Origin: the human T2T-CHM13v2.0 reference genome, Homo sapiens
Reading direction: 5' to 3' (one strand)
Assembly: GCF_009914755.1 (NCBI RefSeq)
Contig: NC_060933.1
DNA length: 64,000 nt
Made by a program: the position numbers and the translations under genes. A model generated the notes under the pieces. The model did not search any database, was not told the DNA's origin, and worked only from the letters and a program-made list of their open reading frames with translations. Shown here piece after piece: positions 19,283 through 34,644 of the stretch; positions within the stretch are counted from its first letter, which is position 1; each line of letters begins with the position of its first letter.

Positions 19283-20656
19283 TAGAAATGCTACTGGGTT
19301 TTGTACATTGAATTTTGTACCTTGAAACTTAACTGAAGTTGTTTATCAGTTCTAGGGGCCTTTGGGCACAGACATTAGGGTTTTCTAGGTATGGAATCAT
19401 ATCATCTGTGAAGAGAAATAGTTTGACTTCCTCTCTTCCTATTCAGATGCCTTCTATTTCTTTCTCTTGCCCGATTGCTCTGGCTAGGTCTTCCAGTACT
19501 ATGTTGAATAGGAGTGGTGAGAGTGGGCATCTTTGTCTTGTTCTGGTTCTCATGGGGAATGCTTCCAGCTTTTGCCTGTTCAGTATGATGTTGGCTGTGT
19601 GTTTGTGATAGATGGCTCTTATTAATTTGAGGTATGTTCCTTCAATACCTAGTTTGTGGAGGGCTTTTAACATGAAAGGATGTCGAATTTTTTCAAAAGC
19701 CTTTTCTGCATCTATTGAGATGATAATGGGGTTTTTGTTTTCAGTTCTGTTTATGTGAGAAATCACATTTATTTAATTGTATATGTTGAACCAACCTTGC
19801 ATCCCAGGAATAAAGCTTACTTGGTCATAGTGGATTAGCTCTTAAATGTGCTGCTGGATTCAATTTGCTAGTGTTCTGCTGAGGATTTTTGCATCTAATT
19901 TTATCAGGGATATTAGCTTAAAGTTTTATTTTTTTCACTGTGTCTCAGCCAGGTTTTGGTATCAGAATGATTCCGGCCTCATAGAACAAATCAGGGAGGA
20001 GGTCTGTCTCCTCAATTTTTTAGAATTGTTTCAGTAGGATTTGTACCAGCTATTCTTTACATGTCTGGTAGAATTCAGCTGTGAATCCATCTGGTCCAGG
20101 GCTTTTTCTGGTTGGTAGGTTTTTGTTGTTGTTGTTGTTGTTGTTACTATTGATTCAATTTTGGAACTTGTTATTGGTCTGTTCAAGTATTCAATTTCTT
20201 CCTGGTTCAATATTGGTAAGTTGAATGTTTACAGCAATTTATCCATTTCTTCTAGGTTTTCTAGTTTGTGTGCATAGAGATGTTCATAATACTTTCTGAG
20301 GGTTTCTTGTATTTCAGTGAGGCCAGTGGTAATGTCACCGTTGTCATTTCTGATTGTGTTTCTTTGGATCTTCTCTCTCTTTTTTTCTTTATCAGTCTAG
20401 CTAGAGGTCTATGAGTCTCATTTTTTTTTCACCATAAACATATATCATTTTTATTTGACAATTAAAATAAGTTAATTAATTGATAATAATAATAAAATTG
20501 AGTATAGTAGCTCAGTCATTCACTCCTTGTACTTTTTGACTCTATCTTCTTCAGAGAGGACAAATTCAGCACTGTTCTTGGCTGTGAGATCAATAGCGCT
20601 CCACTGCAGGGAAGACCTATGGGTTACATGTCTGTCCACACCTGGGGTTTACTTTC

Positions 20657-20928
20657 TTTTTTTTTATTATACTTTAAGTTTTAGGGTACATGTGCACAAC
20701 GTGCAGGTTAGTTACATATGTATACATGTGCCATGTTGGTGTGCTGCACCCATTAACTCGTTATTTAACATTAGGTATATCTCCTAATGCTATCCCTCCC
20801 CCCTCCCCCCACCCCACAACAGGCCCGGGTGTGTGATGTTCCCCTTCCTGTGTCCATGTGTTCTCATTGTTCAATTCCCACCTGTGAGTGAGAACATGCG
20901 GTGTTTGGTTTTTTGTCCTTGCGATAGT
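20657..20928 (-). mobile_element. 5'-truncated young L1PA (L1PA3/4-like) 3' UTR
   Basis: ttattatactttaagttttagggtacatgtgcacaacgtgcagg...ccctccccccaccccacaac...gtccttgcgatagt, close to the L1PA 3' end consensus as I recall it. Confidence 0.92.
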
Positions 20929-21893
20929 ATTTCAAAGAACCAACTTTTGGTTTCATTGATCTTTTGTATGGGTTTTCACATGTCAACTTTGTTCAGTTCA
21001 GCTCTCATTTTAGTTATTTTTCTTCTGCTGGCTTTAGGGTTGGTTTGCTCTTGTTTTTCTAGTTCCTCTAAGTGTGATGTTAGGTTGTTAATTTGAGATC
21101 TTTCTGACTTTTTGATGTGGGTGCTCACAGCTATAAACTTTCCTCTTACCACTGCTTTAGCTGTGTCCCAGATATTCTGGTATGTTGCATCCTTGTTTTC
21201 AATAGTTTCAAAGAGTTTCTTGATTTCTGCTTTAATTTCATTCTTTACCCAAAGTCATTCAGGAGCCAGTGGTTTAATTTCCATATATGGTATTGAGAGA
21301 TCTTCTTGTTTTTAATTTCTATTTTTATTGCACTGTGGTTGAGAGTGTGGTTGGTTTGTTTTTTTTTTAACTTGTTGAGAATTGCTTTATGGCTGAGTGT
21401 GCAGTCAATCTTAAGAGTATGTGCCATGTGTACATAAGAACAGAAAAACGTATATTCTGTTGTTGGGTGGAGCATTCTGTAGATGTCTGTCAGGTGCATT
21501 TGGTGAAGTGTTGAGTTTAGGTCCCAAATATCTTTATTAGTTTTCTGTCTCAATGTTCTGTCCAACACTGTCAGTAGGGTGTTGAAGTCCCCTACTATTA
21601 TTATGTGGTTATTTAAGTCTCTTTGTAGGTCTCTAATAATTTGTTTTATGAATCTGGGTGCTCCAATTTGGGATGCATATATATTTAGGATAGTTGAATT
21701 GAACTCTTTATCATTAATGGAATGTCCTTCTTTGTCCTCTTTGAGCATTGTTGGTTTATATTTTGTCTGAAGTAAGAATAGTAACTCTTGTTCTTTTTCG
21801 TTTTCTCTTTGCTTCACAGATCTTTCTCCATTGCTTTACTTTGGGCTTATGAGTGTCATGCATATAAGATGGGTCTCTCTCTTTTTAAATTCT

Positions 21894-21999
21894 TTCACTA
21901 TGTTGCCTAGGCTGGTCTTCAACTCTTGGGCTCAAGTGATCCTCCTGCTTTGTCCTCCTAAAGTGCTGGGATTAGAGATGTGAGCCACCACTCCTAGCC
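21894..21999 (-). mobile_element. Alu monomer (FLAM-like) within L1
   Basis: Left-arm sequence only, with duplicated agatgggtctct on either side. Confidence 0.8.
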
Positions 22000-23642
22000 A
22001 AGAGATGGGTCTCTTGAAGACAGCATACAGTTGGGTCTTGCTTCTTTATCCAACTTGCCACTCTGTGCCTTTTAAGTGGGATGTTTTCTCATTTACATTC
22101 AAGGTTAATATTGATATGTGAGGATTTGATCCAGTCATGTTGTCAACTGGTTGTTACACAGACTTGATTGTATAGTTGCTTTATAGTGTCAGTGGACTAT
22201 GTGTTTTTATGGTGGCAGGCAACAGTCTTTTGTTTTGTATTCCATATTTAGCACTCCCTTAAGGACCTCTTGTAAGGCAGTCTGGTAATAATGAATTTCC
22301 TTAGTGTTTGCTTGTGTAAAAAGGATTTTATTTATCCTTTGCTTATGAAGCTTAATTTAGCTGGATATGACATTCTTGGTTGGAATTTTGTTTCTTTAAG
22401 GATGCTGAATATATTTCCCCAATCTCTTCTTGTTTGTAAGGCTTCTGCTGAAAAGTCTACTATTAGCCTGATGGGGTTCCCGTTGTATGTGACCTGCCCC
22501 TTCTCTCTAGCTGCCTTTAACATTTCTTCTTTTGTGTTGACCTCAGAGAATCTACTGAGTATGTGTCTTGGGGATGGTTGCCTGATACAGTATCTTTCTA
22601 GGGTGCTCCAAATTTCCTGAATTTGCATGCCAGTCTCTCTACTGAGGTTGAGGAAATTTTGGGGCCAATATCCTCAAATATGTTTTCCAAGTTGCTTGCT
22701 CTCTCTTTCTGAGATGCCAATCGATTATAGGTTTGGTCTCTTTACATAATCCCATATTTCTCAGAGGCTTTGCTCATTAAAATTTTTTCTTCATTTTTGT
22801 CTGAGTTGATTTGAAGAACTAATCTGTGAGCTCTGAGATTCTTTCCTCAGGTTGGTCTATTCTGCTGTTAATACTTCTGATTGTATTATGAACTTATAGC
22901 AAGTTTTTCAGCTCTAGATCAGTTTGATTCTTTCTAAAATGGCTATTTCATCTTTCAGCTCTTGTATGATTTTGTTGGATTCCTTAGATTCCTTGGATTG
23001 GCTTTCACCTTCCTCCTGAATCTCAATGATCTTTATTGCCATCCAGATTCTGAATTCTATGTCATTTCAGCTATTTCAGTCTGACTAAGGACCATTGCTG
23101 GGGATCTAATATGGTTGTTTGGAGTTAAGAAGACGTTCTGGCTGTTAGAGTTGCCAGAGTTCTTCCACTGGTTCTTTCTCATCTGTGTGGGGTGATGTTC
23201 ACTTAATGTTTGAAGCTGCTGTCCTTTGAATGGAGCTTTTTGCTTTTATATTCTTTGATGTGCTTGAGGGTTGAACTATGGTATAAGTTGGGTTTAGTCA
23301 ATTGGCTTTGTTTCTGGATGATTTCATGGGGCCAAGACTCAGCTCTGCACTCCCAGGCTGAGTGCTCTAAACCTGGGGGTGCTGGGACCAGACCTGCAGC
23401 CTTTTTCTCTGGCCCCACTAGGTTAAGAATCTGCTGCACTGGTGGGGCTGAGGTTTTCCCAGTCTCCTGCCAAAAACACCCTTATGGAGGGGGGCTGGCA
23501 AAAGTGATTCCATGGGGCACTGATGGGGTGACAGGGGTCCCCACATGTGCACACTAGAGGCAGGGCAGTGGTGGGTCTCACACACATGCACCAGTAGCAT
23601 GTCCCACTTGTGGCATGCATATTTTTCAGGATTTTCCATGTA

Positions 23643-24618
23643 CAGCTGACCCTTGAACAATGCAGAAGTTAGGGATGCCAACCCCTGCCCCTGCAATCAA
23701 GTTAAAAATCCACATACAACTTTTGACTCCTCGAAATCTTAACTGGAAGCCTTAATGATAATATAAACAGTTGATTAACACATATTTTCTGTTATATGTG
23801 TCATATGCTGTATTCTTACAATAAAGTGATCTAGAGAAAAGAAAATGTTATTAAGGTTATAAAGAAAATACATTTATAGTAATGTATAATATTTATCAAT
23901 ACCATAAGTTTACAATGTCTGTTTGCAAGATGAAGCATTATGGTGGGCAACTGCAATCGCAGACCTCAATCTATAGTACATATTAAGCAATTCAACTTTT
24001 TCTTGTAACGTCATGACTTTTCTCTGCTTCTTGGGAGAACTTTCAGCATCATTGGTGGCATTTCATATGGGTCTCAAGGTGTTATTCAAGGTTTATGGTA
24101 TTGGACCAAACATGATGAAAAATATGTGAAATATGTGAAAACTGTGAAAGACCACTTTTTTCTCTGATACTTTACTGGAGAGATGAACTGCTCACACAGA
24201 GGTGATTAGCATCAGATGGCATTTTAAGCAGACAATCAAAACACATAAGTTCACTGCAATAGAAAGGGAGGTGGCTATGAAATTATTACAATAGTACAGT
24301 ATGCACTACAGTTAATCTTATGCCATTATGATTTAATACTGCATCTTTAAGTTTGTTTATATTTCTCTTGACTGAATGACACCATGTACAGTCTTTGTGT
24401 GCATACGTTTTGGTAAAGTTTATGTTTGTGTATATTTTATGGTAGTCAATTATAAAATAAACTAATATCAGCATATATTTTAGGCATTCATGACATATCT
24501 TTTACTTAAGTTTTTCAATATTTCTAAACTACATGGTCTGCCTGTGAGATTTTGCAAATTGTCACAAATCACCAAAAAAATTTTCCAATATATTTATTGA
24601 AAAACATCCATGTATTGT
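23643..24618. mobile_element. Tigger2-family DNA transposon (Tigger2b-like), right TIR lost
   Basis: TA|cagctgacccttgaacaa TIR, aaaatccacatacaacttttgactcc, attcttacaataaagt. Ends at aaaacatccatgtattgtgg, where an Alu starts. Confidence 0.8.
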
Positions 24619-24912
24619 GGCCAGGCTCAGTGGCTCATGTCGGTAATCCCAACACTTTGGGAGGCTTAGGCAGGTGGATCGCTTAAGCTCAGGAGTTCAA
24701 GACCAGCCTGGGCAACATGGTGAAACCCCATCTCTTCAAAAAAATACAAAAACTAGCTGGGCACGGTGGCGTGGGCCTGTAGAGACTCAGGAGGCTGAGG
24801 CAGGAGGATGGCTTGAACCCAGGAGATGGAGGTTGCAGTGAGCCGAGATTGTGCCACTGTACTATAGCCTAGGCGAAAGAGCCAACCCTGTCTCAAAAAA
24901 AAAAAAAAAAAA
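24619..24912 (+). mobile_element. Alu (AluJ-like)
   Basis: ggatcgcttaagctcaggagttcaag. Confidence 0.9.
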
Positions 24913-24915
24913 GCA

Positions 24916-25215
24916 AGCCAGGCACAGTGACTCAGGCCTGTAATCCCAGCAGTTTAAGAGTCTGAGGCAGGTGGATCACTTGAGGCCAGGAGTTCGAGGC
25001 AAGCTTGGGCAACGTGGTGAAACCCTGCCTCTACAAAAAATACAAAAATTAGCCAGGCATGGTGGCATACACCTGTGGTCCCAACTACTCAGGAGGCTGA
25101 GGTGTAAGAATCACTTGAGCCTGGGAGGCAGAGGTTGCAGTGAGCTGTGATTATGCCACTGTACTACAGCCTGCGTGACAAAATGAGACCCTGTCTCAAA
25201 AAAAAAAAAAAAAAA
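24916..25215 (+). mobile_element. Alu (AluJ-like), tandem to the previous one
   Basis: Full body with A-tail. Confidence 0.9.
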
Positions 25216-26105
25216 GTCACTGCCATTCCCCAGGTCATTTAGATTTTCTATATTTTCTAAGAGTTGTACAGTTCTGCATTTTGCATTTAGGTCTGTAATC
25301 CATGTTGAGTAATTCTTTATGAAGAATATGAGGTCTTTGCCTAAAATCATTTTTTGCATGTGGAAGACCAGTTGTTCCAGCACCATTTGTTAAAAAGATT
25401 GTCTTTTCTCTTCTATACTTCCTTTGTTCCTTTCTCAAAGATCAGTTGACTATAGTTGTGTGGGTCTATTTCTAGGCTCTCTATTCTGTTTGTCTATGCT
25501 TTTGCCAATACCACACTGACCATTCTATCTTGATTACTGTAGTTTTATAGTCTTTAAGACATGTAGTATCAGGCCTTTAGCTTTGTTCCTCTCCTTCAAT
25601 ATTGAGTTGTCTATTCTCTCCATATGAACTTTAGAATTAGTGCGTCAATATCCACAAAATAACTTGCTCTGATTTTGATTGGGATTATATTGATTGTACA
25701 AATCAAGTTAAAGATTGACATTGTGACAATACTGAGTATTCCTACCAATGAATACAAAAGATCTGTATTTTTTTCTGATTTCTTTAATCAGTTTTCTAGT
25801 TTTCCTCATATAGATCTTTCCTCATATAGATCTAACATATTTTGTTAGATTTATACCTAATTATTTCATTTGGGGGGATAGTAATGTAAATCGTGTTATG
25901 TTTTTAATTGCAAATTCCACTTGTCCATTGCTGGTATATAGGAAAGCAATTGATTTTTATATACCTTGTATCCTACTGTTGGCCTATAATTGCTTATTAG
26001 TTCCAGGGGGTTTTTGTTGTTGTTTATTCTTTCAGATTTTCTATATAAACAATTATGTCATCTGCATATGACAGTTTTATTTCTTCCTTCTCAATCTGGA
26101 TACCA

Positions 26106-26321
26106 TTTATTTACTTATTGTTTATTTATTTGTTGAGACAGGGTCACCCAGGCTGAAGTGCAATGGTGGGACTACAGGTGCGTGCCACCATGCCCAGATA
26201 ATTTTTGTATCTTTTGTAGAGACAGGGTTTCACTATGCTGCCCAGGCTGGTCTCGAACTCCTGGGTTGAAGCAATCTGCCCAAACTACTGTGATTACAGG
26301 CATGAGCCAGTGTCCCCAGCC
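26106..26321 (-). mobile_element. Partial Alu (AluJ-like)
   Basis: Deleted Alu body with (TTTA)n tail. Confidence 0.75.
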
Positions 26322-26947
26322 CCTCTCCCCCTTTTTTGGGTCTTACCACATTAGCTAGGATTTCCAGTAGAATACTGAAAAGAACTGGTGACAGGGGACA
26401 TCCTTGCCTTTGTTCCTCATCTTAATGGGAAAACTTGAGGTCTCTCACCATTAATTATGATGTTAGTTGTATTTTGCTGATGTTCTTTTTATGAAATTGA
26501 AGAAGTTCCCCTCTATTCCTAGTTTGCTGAGAGTTTTTCTTTTTAATCATAAATGGGGTTGGATTTTGTCAAATGCCTTTTCTGCATTTATTGATAGGAT
26601 AGGGTGATTTTTCTTCTTTACCCTGTTTATGTGATGGATTACATGAATTGATTTTCCAATTTTGATACAGCTTTGCATACCTGGGATAAATTCCCCTTGG
26701 TCATAGAGCATAATTCTTTTTACACATTTTTGGATTTGATTTGCTAATATTTTGTTGAGGACTTTTGCATCTTTGTTCATTAGAAATACTGGTTTGTCCT
26801 TTTCTTTTCTGTTAATGTCTTTGTCTGGTTTTGGTAACAGGACAATGCTGGCTTCATAGAAAGTGTTAGGAAGTTTCCCCTCTGTTTCTATCTTCTGGAA
26901 CAGACTGTAGAGGATTGGTATAATTTTTTCCTTAAATGTGTGGTAGA

Positions 26948-27244
26948 TGCCAGGCGTGGTGGCTCACGCCTGTAATCCCAACACTTTGAGAGGCCAAGAC
27001 GGGCAGATCAGTTGAGGTCAGGAGTTTGAGACCAGCCTGGCCCAACATGGTGAAACGCTGTCTCTACTAAAAATACAAAAATTAGCCGGGCGTGGTGGTG
27101 TGTGCCTATAATCCCAGCTACTCAGGAAGCTGAGGCAGGAGAATTACTTGAACCCAGGAGGTGGAGGTTCTAGTGAGCCGAGATCGCGCCACTGCACTCC
27201 AGCCTGGGCATAAAGAGCGAAACTCCGTCTCAAAAAAAAAAAAA
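26948..27244 (+). mobile_element. Alu (AluS)
   Basis: TSD gtgtggtaga. Confidence 0.93.
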
Positions 27245-27571
27245 GTGTGGTAGAATTCACTGGTAAACCCATGTGGGCCTTGCACTTATGTTCTGAAAGT
27301 TATTGATTACTGATTTAATTTTTTTAATAGATATAGGCCCATTATCTATTTCTTCTTGTGTTCTGGCAGATTCAGTCTTTCAAAAAATGGGTCTATTTCA
27401 TGTAGGTTATTGAATTTGTGGGCACAGACTTGTTCATAGTATTCCTTTATTATTCTTTTGATGTCCATGTGATCTGCAGGGATGTCCCCTTGTTCATTTC
27501 TGACATTTGTAGTTTGTCTTTTTTCTCAATTAGCTTGAATAGAAGTTTTCCATTTAAAAAAAATTTTTACC

Positions 27572-27869
<298 letters not shown>

Positions 27870-27902
27870 TCTTTTCAAAGAGCTAACTTTGGGTCTCATT
27901 GA

Positions 27903-28343
<441 letters not shown>

Positions 28344-29141
28344 ATCTTTTTTCTTTTCTAATATGTGCAACCCAATAGAATACATTTCCCTCAATGCACT
28401 GCTTTAGCCGTATTCTAAACTTTTAAGTTGTACTTTCATCTTCATTTAGTTCAAAGTATTTTAAAATTTATCTTGAGATTTCTTCTGTGATTATGTACTA
28501 TTCAGATTTATGTTGTTTCACCTCCAAGTATTGGGGGACTTTCCAGCTATCTTTCTGTTGATTTCTAGTTTAATTCTTCTGTGATTCTGGGAGCAGACAT
28601 TTCATGATTTCTTTCCTTTTCAATTTATGAAGGTGTGTCTTATGGCCCAGATATGGTATATCTTAGTGAATGTCCCACGTGAGCTTGACAAGAAAGTGTA
28701 TTCAGCTTCTATTGGATCAAGCCGTCTAAGTCAATTATATCAAGTTGATTGATGGTGTTGAGCTCAACGATGTCCTTACTGATTTTTTTTGCTTACCGGA
28801 TCTGTTCATTTCTGATAGAGCAGTGCTGAAGATTCCACCTATAACAGTTAATTTGTCTGTTTTTCCTTGCAGTTCTAAGAGTTTTTACCTTATGTATTTT
28901 GGCACTGTACAGTTAGGTGCGTCCACATAAAGGACTGTTGCCTACTTGAGGAACTGATCCTGTTCTCATTATGTAATGCCCCTCTTTATTGCTGATAACT
29001 TTCCTTGCTCTAAGTCTGCTCTAAAATAATATAGCTACTCCCAGTTTCTTTGATTAGCATTAGTATGGTATACCTTTCCCCATCCCTTAACTTTTAATTG
29101 ATACGTATCTTTATATTTAAAGTAGGTTTCTTGTAGACAAC

Positions 29142-29942
<801 letters not shown>

Positions 29943-30176
29943 TAAGGTCATTATTAATGACCCCACTCTCATTCTTGATTTTAGCATTTACACCATTGAT
30001 GTTTAAAGTGATAACTGATAAGGCTGGATTAATTTCTACCATTTGTTACTGTCTTCTATTGTTGTCCTTATTCTTTGTTTCTACTTTTATTTTCCACCTT
30101 TTCTTTTTTGCTTTTTGTGGTTTTAATTGGGCATTTCATAAGTGTCTTAGTCCATTAGAGCATAAAAACAAAATAG

Positions 30177-30504
<328 letters not shown>

Positions 30505-31908
30505 CCGAAGTTTATTTCTAGCATTTCTGGAGGATGGGAAATCCAAAATCAAGGTGCCAGCAGACCTGGCTCACTTCTTGGGGCATAGAAAGTCATCTTT
30601 TCACTGTAACTTCAGATGGTGGAAGGGAAGAGCAACCTCTCTAGGTTTTGTTTTGTTTTTGTTGTTGCTGTTGGTTTTAAATAAAGACACTTTTCTCATC
30701 ACGACAGCTCTGACCTCATGACCTAATCACCACCTAAAGGCTCCACTTTGTAATCCTAGCACTTTTGGGGTTAGAATTTCAACATATGAATTTTGAGGGA
30801 ACACATTTAGACCCCTAGCATTCCACTCTTGCTCCCCTCAAATTCATGTCTATGTCACAAGCAAAATACATTAATTCCATCCCAATAGCCCCCAAACTCT
30901 TAAAACATTCCAGCACCAACTCCAAAATCTCCAGTTCAGAGTTTCATCTAAATCAGATATAGGTGAGACTGAAAGTATGACTCATTCTGAGGTAAACTGC
31001 TCTCTAGCAGTGAAACAAACATGTTCTGTGCTTCCAAAATACAATGGTGGGATGGGCATAGGATAGATATTTCCATTTTAAAAGGGAGAAATAGGAAAGA
31101 AGAAAACAGTGACTGGTCCCAAGTAAGTCTGAAACCCAACAGAGGAAACAACATGAAATGTTACGGCTTGAGAATAATCATTGGCTCAATGTTCTGCCCT
31201 CCAGGCCCACTAAGGTGATAGTGCCACCTTCAGGACACAATGTGGTAGCAGCCCTGCCCTGTGGCTTTGGGTGGCCTTGCCCCTGAGGCAGCCATGTGCT
31301 TGTGCCTTGCTCCTGCCTCCACAGTAGCTCTGTGCCTGGGTCATGCATCTGAGGCTCTCCTGGAAACCACCACTGGTGACTCTACTGGTCTGGACTCATG
31401 GGCCTAGTGGGGGCCCTCTGTAGTGGCCCTTCCCCAACAGTGATTCTCCGTCTCAGCCCCATGGCTCTCTTGGGGCATCCTTTTAATTCTGGGGGAAGGC
31501 AGCCATGCCCCCACATCTTTCTACTCAGGGCCCGTGATGGGATGGGTAGCTGTGATGATCTCAGAAATGCCTTTGGGGTCATTCTTCCATTGCCTTAAAA
31601 ATTAGGTCCTCGCTTCTGTTTATAGATGGCAGACCAATCTTTCTCTTAACACCTGGCTTTCCCTGAGATGGTCAATCCATACTAATCACCTCATCAAAGA
31701 GTTACTTGGCCAGACCCTTTCCTCCTGAACAAGGTTTTTCATTTTTTCCAATATGGATTGGCTGAGTTTTCCAAATTTCTGAGTTCTGCTTCCCTTTTGA
31801 TCAACAATTCTAAATTATCTTTCTTCTCTCATTTTACTATAAACAATTCAAAGGAACCAGGCTGCCCCTTCAACACTTTGCTCAGAAATAGCTCCAGCTA
31901 AAGATCTA

Positions 31909-31997
31909 AGCTTGCAGTGAGCCAAGATCGTGCCACTGCACTCCAGCCTGGGCGACAGAGCGAGACTCCGTCTAAAAACAAAACAAACAAACAAAAA
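31909..31997 (+). mobile_element. 5'-truncated AluY-like 3' fragment
   Basis: agcttgcagtgagccaagatc...(CAAA)n, TSD aaaga(t/c)ctaa. Confidence 0.85.
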
Positions 31998-32119
31998 GAC
32001 CTAATCACTCACAGGGCTACCTGCCGCAAAACACTAGAACACAAACACAATTCAGCCAATTTCTTTGCTGCTTCATAACAAAGATGGCCTTTCTTACTGC
32101 TTCCAGTAATAGGTTCTTC

Positions 32120-33625
32120 ACAGAGTTCTCTGTATCTGTCTTTTCAATTTTTGGTACAGTGATTTGGCCTGTGAGCTCACTTCTCTGATAGATCTTTAAA
32201 AAGTTGCTTTTTCTGTTTGTTTAGCTTTTCCCTTGTTAGGATGGAGTAATGAATTCTAAGCACCTTACATACCAGCACAGAAACTGAAATTCCTGTTGGA
32301 AGATTTTTGATTACTGAGTCAGTCTTTTGTTATATGCCTATTATTTATTTCCTTTAGAGTCAGTTTTGGGAGTTTGTGTGATTCTAGTGATTTGGCATTT
32401 CATCAAGTGTACCTATGTTTTTTAGCATTGTTATATTTTCTCATAATCCTTTTTCTTTCTGTAAGGTCATTATTAATGTCCCCACTCTCATTCCTGATTT
32501 AGTAATTTGATCATGTTTTTCTTGAACAGTCTAGATAAAGGTTTGCCATTGGCTGTTTATCTTTTTAAGGAAACAACTTTTGGGTTTGTTGGTTTTCTCT
32601 CCTGATTTTCTATTTCATTTATATCCACTCTAATCTTTACTAGTTCCTCCCCTCTGCTTACTTTGGGTTTAGATGATCCGATATTGTTGCTACGTAATTG
32701 TTCATTGTATGCTTGTACTCCTTAATACTTCTGTAAAATCAGTAGTAATGTCACAATTTCATTTTTTATTTTAGTAACTTTTTTTCTTGTTCTACCTAAA
32801 GGTTTGTCAGTTTTGTTTATCTTTTGCCATTTTCCCCCATCCCTATTTCATTTATCGCTGTTGTAATCTTTACTATTTCCTTCTTGCTGCTTGCTTTGGG
32901 CTGTTTCTCTTTTTCTAGTTTTTTAAGGTTGGGAGGTTAGGTTATTTTTCAGATCTCTCTACCTTTTGTATGATATCTTCTTTGACTCCTTGTTTATTAG
33001 GAAGTATGTTGTTTTATTTCCACATATTTGTAAATTTCCCAAATCTCCTTGTTATTTCTAACTTTATTCCACTGTCACTGGAGACTATAACTTGTATAAT
33101 TCCAATCGTCTTACATTTATTGAGACTTGTTTTGTTGCTTAAAACGGGTTCTAGACTGGAGAATGTTACATATGCATTTAATATGTATTCTGTTCGGAGT
33201 GTTCTATAGATGTCTATTAGCTCTAACTGTCTTATAGTCCTGTTCAAGTATTGTATTTCTTTTCTGATCTTGTCTTGTTTTTCTAGCCATTATTAAAAGT
33301 GGGGTATTGAAACTCCCACCGTTGTTGAACTATTTCTCCCTTTAATTTGGCCAAGTTTTGCTTCACATATTTTGGGGTTCCTGTTTGGTGCATATATGTG
33401 TATGGCTGTTGTATCTTCCTGGTGAATTGACTCTTATCATTACATGATGTCCTCCTTTGCCTTGCATAATAATTTCTGCCTTAAAGTCAATTTGGTCCAA
33501 CATTAGCATAGCCACCACCTGTGCTCTTCTTTGGTTACTCTTGTATGGGGTATCTTTTTCCATCCTTTTACTCTTGTGTCTTTCAATCTAAAATGAGACA
33601 CCTCTAAACACACAGTTGGATCATG
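32120..33625 (-). mobile_element. Old L1M ORF2 (endonuclease region) fragments
   Basis: ORFs 33014..33247 (LELIDIYRTL..EY..) and 33363..33563 (LDQIDFKA..) resemble the L1 endonuclease. Confidence 0.72.
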
Positions 33626-34274
33626 GTGTGCTAAATCAATGCAGTTTTTTGTTAAGAAAATCTATCAAAGCTCCATGTGTCTATTGTATGCTTCCACTTA
33701 CAAGTACAGAAATAGGCAAAAGTGGCCTGCATTGACAGAGTCAGGGAGTTAGCCCTGGGAGGAGCGGGTGCAGAAAACATCAGGACTTCTGGGGGATATC
33801 CTCACTTGCCTTTCCTCTGAGTGCTGGCTACACAGTGTGACAGTATTTAGTTTGCAAAAATCCAGTTGGCCAGTGGACACTTTTATTTGCACTTTAATGT
33901 ATGTGTGCTAAATTTCACAAAAACTTTGATGAAGCAAACCTGATGTGGCATGTCTGTTCTCCTAGGAGGCTTTGTGGGAAGAAGGCAGCCCAGTGACTCA
34001 CCAGGACTAGCAGACACCCTATTAATTTGTGCTGATGAAGGATAAATACTCCCCAAAAAGCATACCTGAGGGTAGGGGTGGAGAACTTTGGGGTTACTAG
34101 TTACATAGCTGTGTTCACTGTGTGCAAATTTGGCCTGTATACTAGGATGTGCACACTTTCCTGGATGCAAATTACACTCTGTTAATAAGTTGGCTTAAAA
34201 TTATATTCCCCAAAGGACAAAGACCTAGATCCATGGCCTTGTGTCCAAAGCACTGGTGATGATGATGACAGTAA

Positions 34275-34490
34275 GAACCATATTAGCACCAATCATCAAT
34301 TGAGTACCTGCTGCATGCTGGTACCAAGGGCTTGATGAAGCTTCACAACCACCTATACAAGAGGCACTATTTTGTCCCCACCTAACAGATAGGGAAGTTG
34401 AGGCTCAGAGAGCTAAGGCAGCCAGCTACCAAACGGTGGTGATTCAATCATCAGTCCGGCTCTCAAGTCCATGCTGTTGTTTCCAGCTCT
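34275..34490. mobile_element. MIR SINE
   Basis: tccccacctaacagatagggaagttgaggctcagagagctaag, MIR core-like. Confidence 0.6.
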
Positions 34491-34644
34491 AGTAATCTGC
34501 CGGGAAGTAGGGGTGAAAACACTGCGGGGAGATGGAAGATGCAGAAGAAATGCAGACCACCCTCTCCCAGAGGGAAGGCTGAGCAGAAGGCCTTTCAGCA
34601 TGGACTGTCCCCCTCTGCAAGCTCCTGAGACCCCACCCACTCAA

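Noticed and set aside
25801-25832. Exact 16-bp tandem duplication (a 19-bp one also at about 17376-17413)
   Set aside because: Ordinary slippage duplications inside dead L1 sequence.
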